From Podarcis vaucheri (lineage: Eukaryota): DNA of 64,000 nucleotides. This document shows positions 62,601 to 64,000 of the stretch, one piece after another. Position 1 is the stretch's first letter, and each line of letters begins with the position of its first letter. The notes under the pieces are model-generated. The model was not told the origin of the DNA. It saw only the letters and a list, made by a program, of their open reading frames with translations, and made no database searches. The DNA is taken from assembly GCA_965113315.1 (NCBI GenBank), contig OZ220364.1. One strand, written 5' to 3'. A program made the translations under genes and the position numbers.

Positions 62601-63860
62601 CTGGGACGCTCCTAAAGCTACCGACATGACAATGAGTGCTGAGATGGGCTCTCGCATGCCAGTTGTAAATTACGGTAGTGGGTCAGTGGGCACAGAAAAC
62701 TCTGACTCCATTATAGCAAAAATAAACCAGCGTCTGGATATGCTGTCAAAGGAAGGCAGTGGTGGTCCTGGGGAAGGCATGGAAGATCAGGGAAGGTAAA
62801 CTAAAGATTTTCCTCATCTCTGAAAAACATATTTCTAGTTCTCAATTGAACCTTAATTTGTTAAAAACAAGAACTGGTAGAACAATATTGATTACTTGAT
62901 ATGCAGATAGTAGTTTAACATTGGTACAGTTAAACAAATGCTATAGTTTCTGATGACAAAGCTTTCATGCAAGAGAAGGCAACCTGTTGAAGAGAGGGTC
63001 TGCTGCCTTCTGTTGTTGAGGCATCAGCTATCAGATGTGTACCACAAGAGATTTTCAAACAGGGTTTTCATAATAGTGCCTTGAAACCACATAGAAAATA
63101 CATGTTATATAGCTTTCATAATTTGTAAGGGTCCCTGGCTGTCTAACAAATATAGATTGTTTCCTTCTAGTTTTGTTGTAGAATGCGTTGCTCCTTATTC
63201 CAATACAGTGAACATATAAAGCTGTTTTATGCAGAGTAAACTTTCAGAGGGCCTCCAGCATGCAAATTTATATCTGTGCCAAGTCTGTTCGGACTACCTG
63301 TCAAGTCCTCTATAACTACTGACTGAATTCTTTGCTTGTAATACAGCTCTTTCAGATTTGAGTCTTACGAGTCCTATGATTCTAGAGCATCCGTGCCTGA
63401 TCGTGACCTGTACAGAACCAGCTATGACTATAATGAAGTTGGATCAGATCGGAATGATTCTTTTGGAAGCCGCTATGATGATGTTGGTGACCGCAGAGAT
63501 CAGCCCCGCAACAGAGGAAACAACTATGGCTTTGCCAGAGGGAGGGCCCAGAATCGAGGGCACCCAAACACTTTCAATCGTGACCACTTCATGCCATCAA
63601 GTACAGAACGGATGTCTGCACAATGGAATGAGATGAATTACATGGGTGGAAGGAATATGGAAGGACCTGGACCCAACCGGCTTCCATCACTATTTTCCCA
63701 AGCACTCGTCCCAGAGTATAGAGATTATGGCGATTATGGAGACTACGGAGACTATGGCAACTATGGGGATTATGATTACGGCATGATGGGAATGCAAGGA
63801 ATGGGAATGGGAAGGTTTCCTGGGAACATGCCCTATGGCTTCAACAGATCACGTGGCAGA
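58986..63860 (+). CDS. AKAP8: AKAP8 (AKAP95), first five coding exons; gene continues beyond the window
   Basis: Exons 58986-59001, 60561-60599, 61164-61196, 62507-62795 and 63347-63860 total 297 codons in frame: MDQGYGGYSSW..., NSDSIIAKINQRLDMLSKEG, SSFRFESYESYDSR, WNEMNYMGGR, PSLFSQ. These match recalled AKAP8. Confidence 0.96.
59625..60123 (-). mobile_element. CR1 LINE 3' fragment (degenerate ORF2 C-terminus) in AKAP8 intron 1
   Basis: The minus strand reads, with frameshifts, like the CR1 ORF2 segment IMLxYKSMVxxxLEYxxxxWxPHLKK..DLEKVQKxATKMIKGME, followed by the typical FRTDK(R)KYFFT segment. Confidence 0.85.
60561..60599 (+). CDS. AKAP8: AKAP8 exon 2 (GYSSWGTEATSTQ)
   Basis: cttacAG acceptor, G|GTAAGT donor; 39 nt. 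Confidence 0.9.
61164..61196 (+). CDS. AKAP8: AKAP8 exon 3 (GGYSTNPASWQ)
   Basis: ctttaaaAG acceptor, G|GTATGT donor; 33 nt; compare human GAYGTGVASWQG. Confidence 0.87.
62507..62795 (+). CDS. AKAP8: AKAP8 exon 4 (GYEGYDYYSAQ...MEDQG)
   Basis: ttttccAG acceptor, AG|GTAAAC donor. Confidence 0.93.
63347..63860 (+). CDS. AKAP8: AKAP8 exon 5 (SFRFESYE...NRSRGR)
   Basis: aatacAG acceptor, AGA|GTATGT donor. Confidence 0.9.
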
Positions 63861-64000
63861 GTATGTTTAGCACACTAACCTTAGGAACTCTTACATTTAT
63901 AGCTGTTTCAGTAGTTGTAAATCATCAGATTGGTTCAGGGATTAACAACAAGAGAATATGGTCTTATTTTTATGTAGATGTTTAATATAACACCATTTAT

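Overview
Vertebrate genomic DNA, almost certainly from a squamate reptile and probably a lacertid lizard, judged from Sauria-SINE and Squam3-like SINEs and lizard-type Tigger/mariner MITEs. Three intron-containing genes lie in tandem on the + strand in the order known from human 19p13. (1) WIZ, ~990-24873: 12 widely spaced C2H2-type fingers, with an internal CpG-island promoter and alternative first exon at 12062. (2) AKAP8L/HA95, 32631-52410: complete, 13 coding exons, 634 aa, one GC-AG intron. (3) The first five coding exons of AKAP8/AKAP95, from 58986, running off the window. All exon joins were checked by hand for frame and splice sites. I found no support for a wholly new gene system. The most unusual material is mobile DNA. 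A 1.55-kb non-autonomous Tigger-like element is filled with hairpin modules and a 60-bp palindromic minisatellite, while a sibling copy has the same ends but different cargo. A ~200-bp MITE family carries NRF1 and ETS motifs. A truncated LINE insertion places a sense poly(A) signal inside AKAP8L. Gene-level curiosities include fully swappable WIZ finger exons whose CtBP motif is completed by the splice junction, and a DYG expansion in the AKAP8 low-complexity region. Gene and repeat names come from my recall of homologues, not from database searches.
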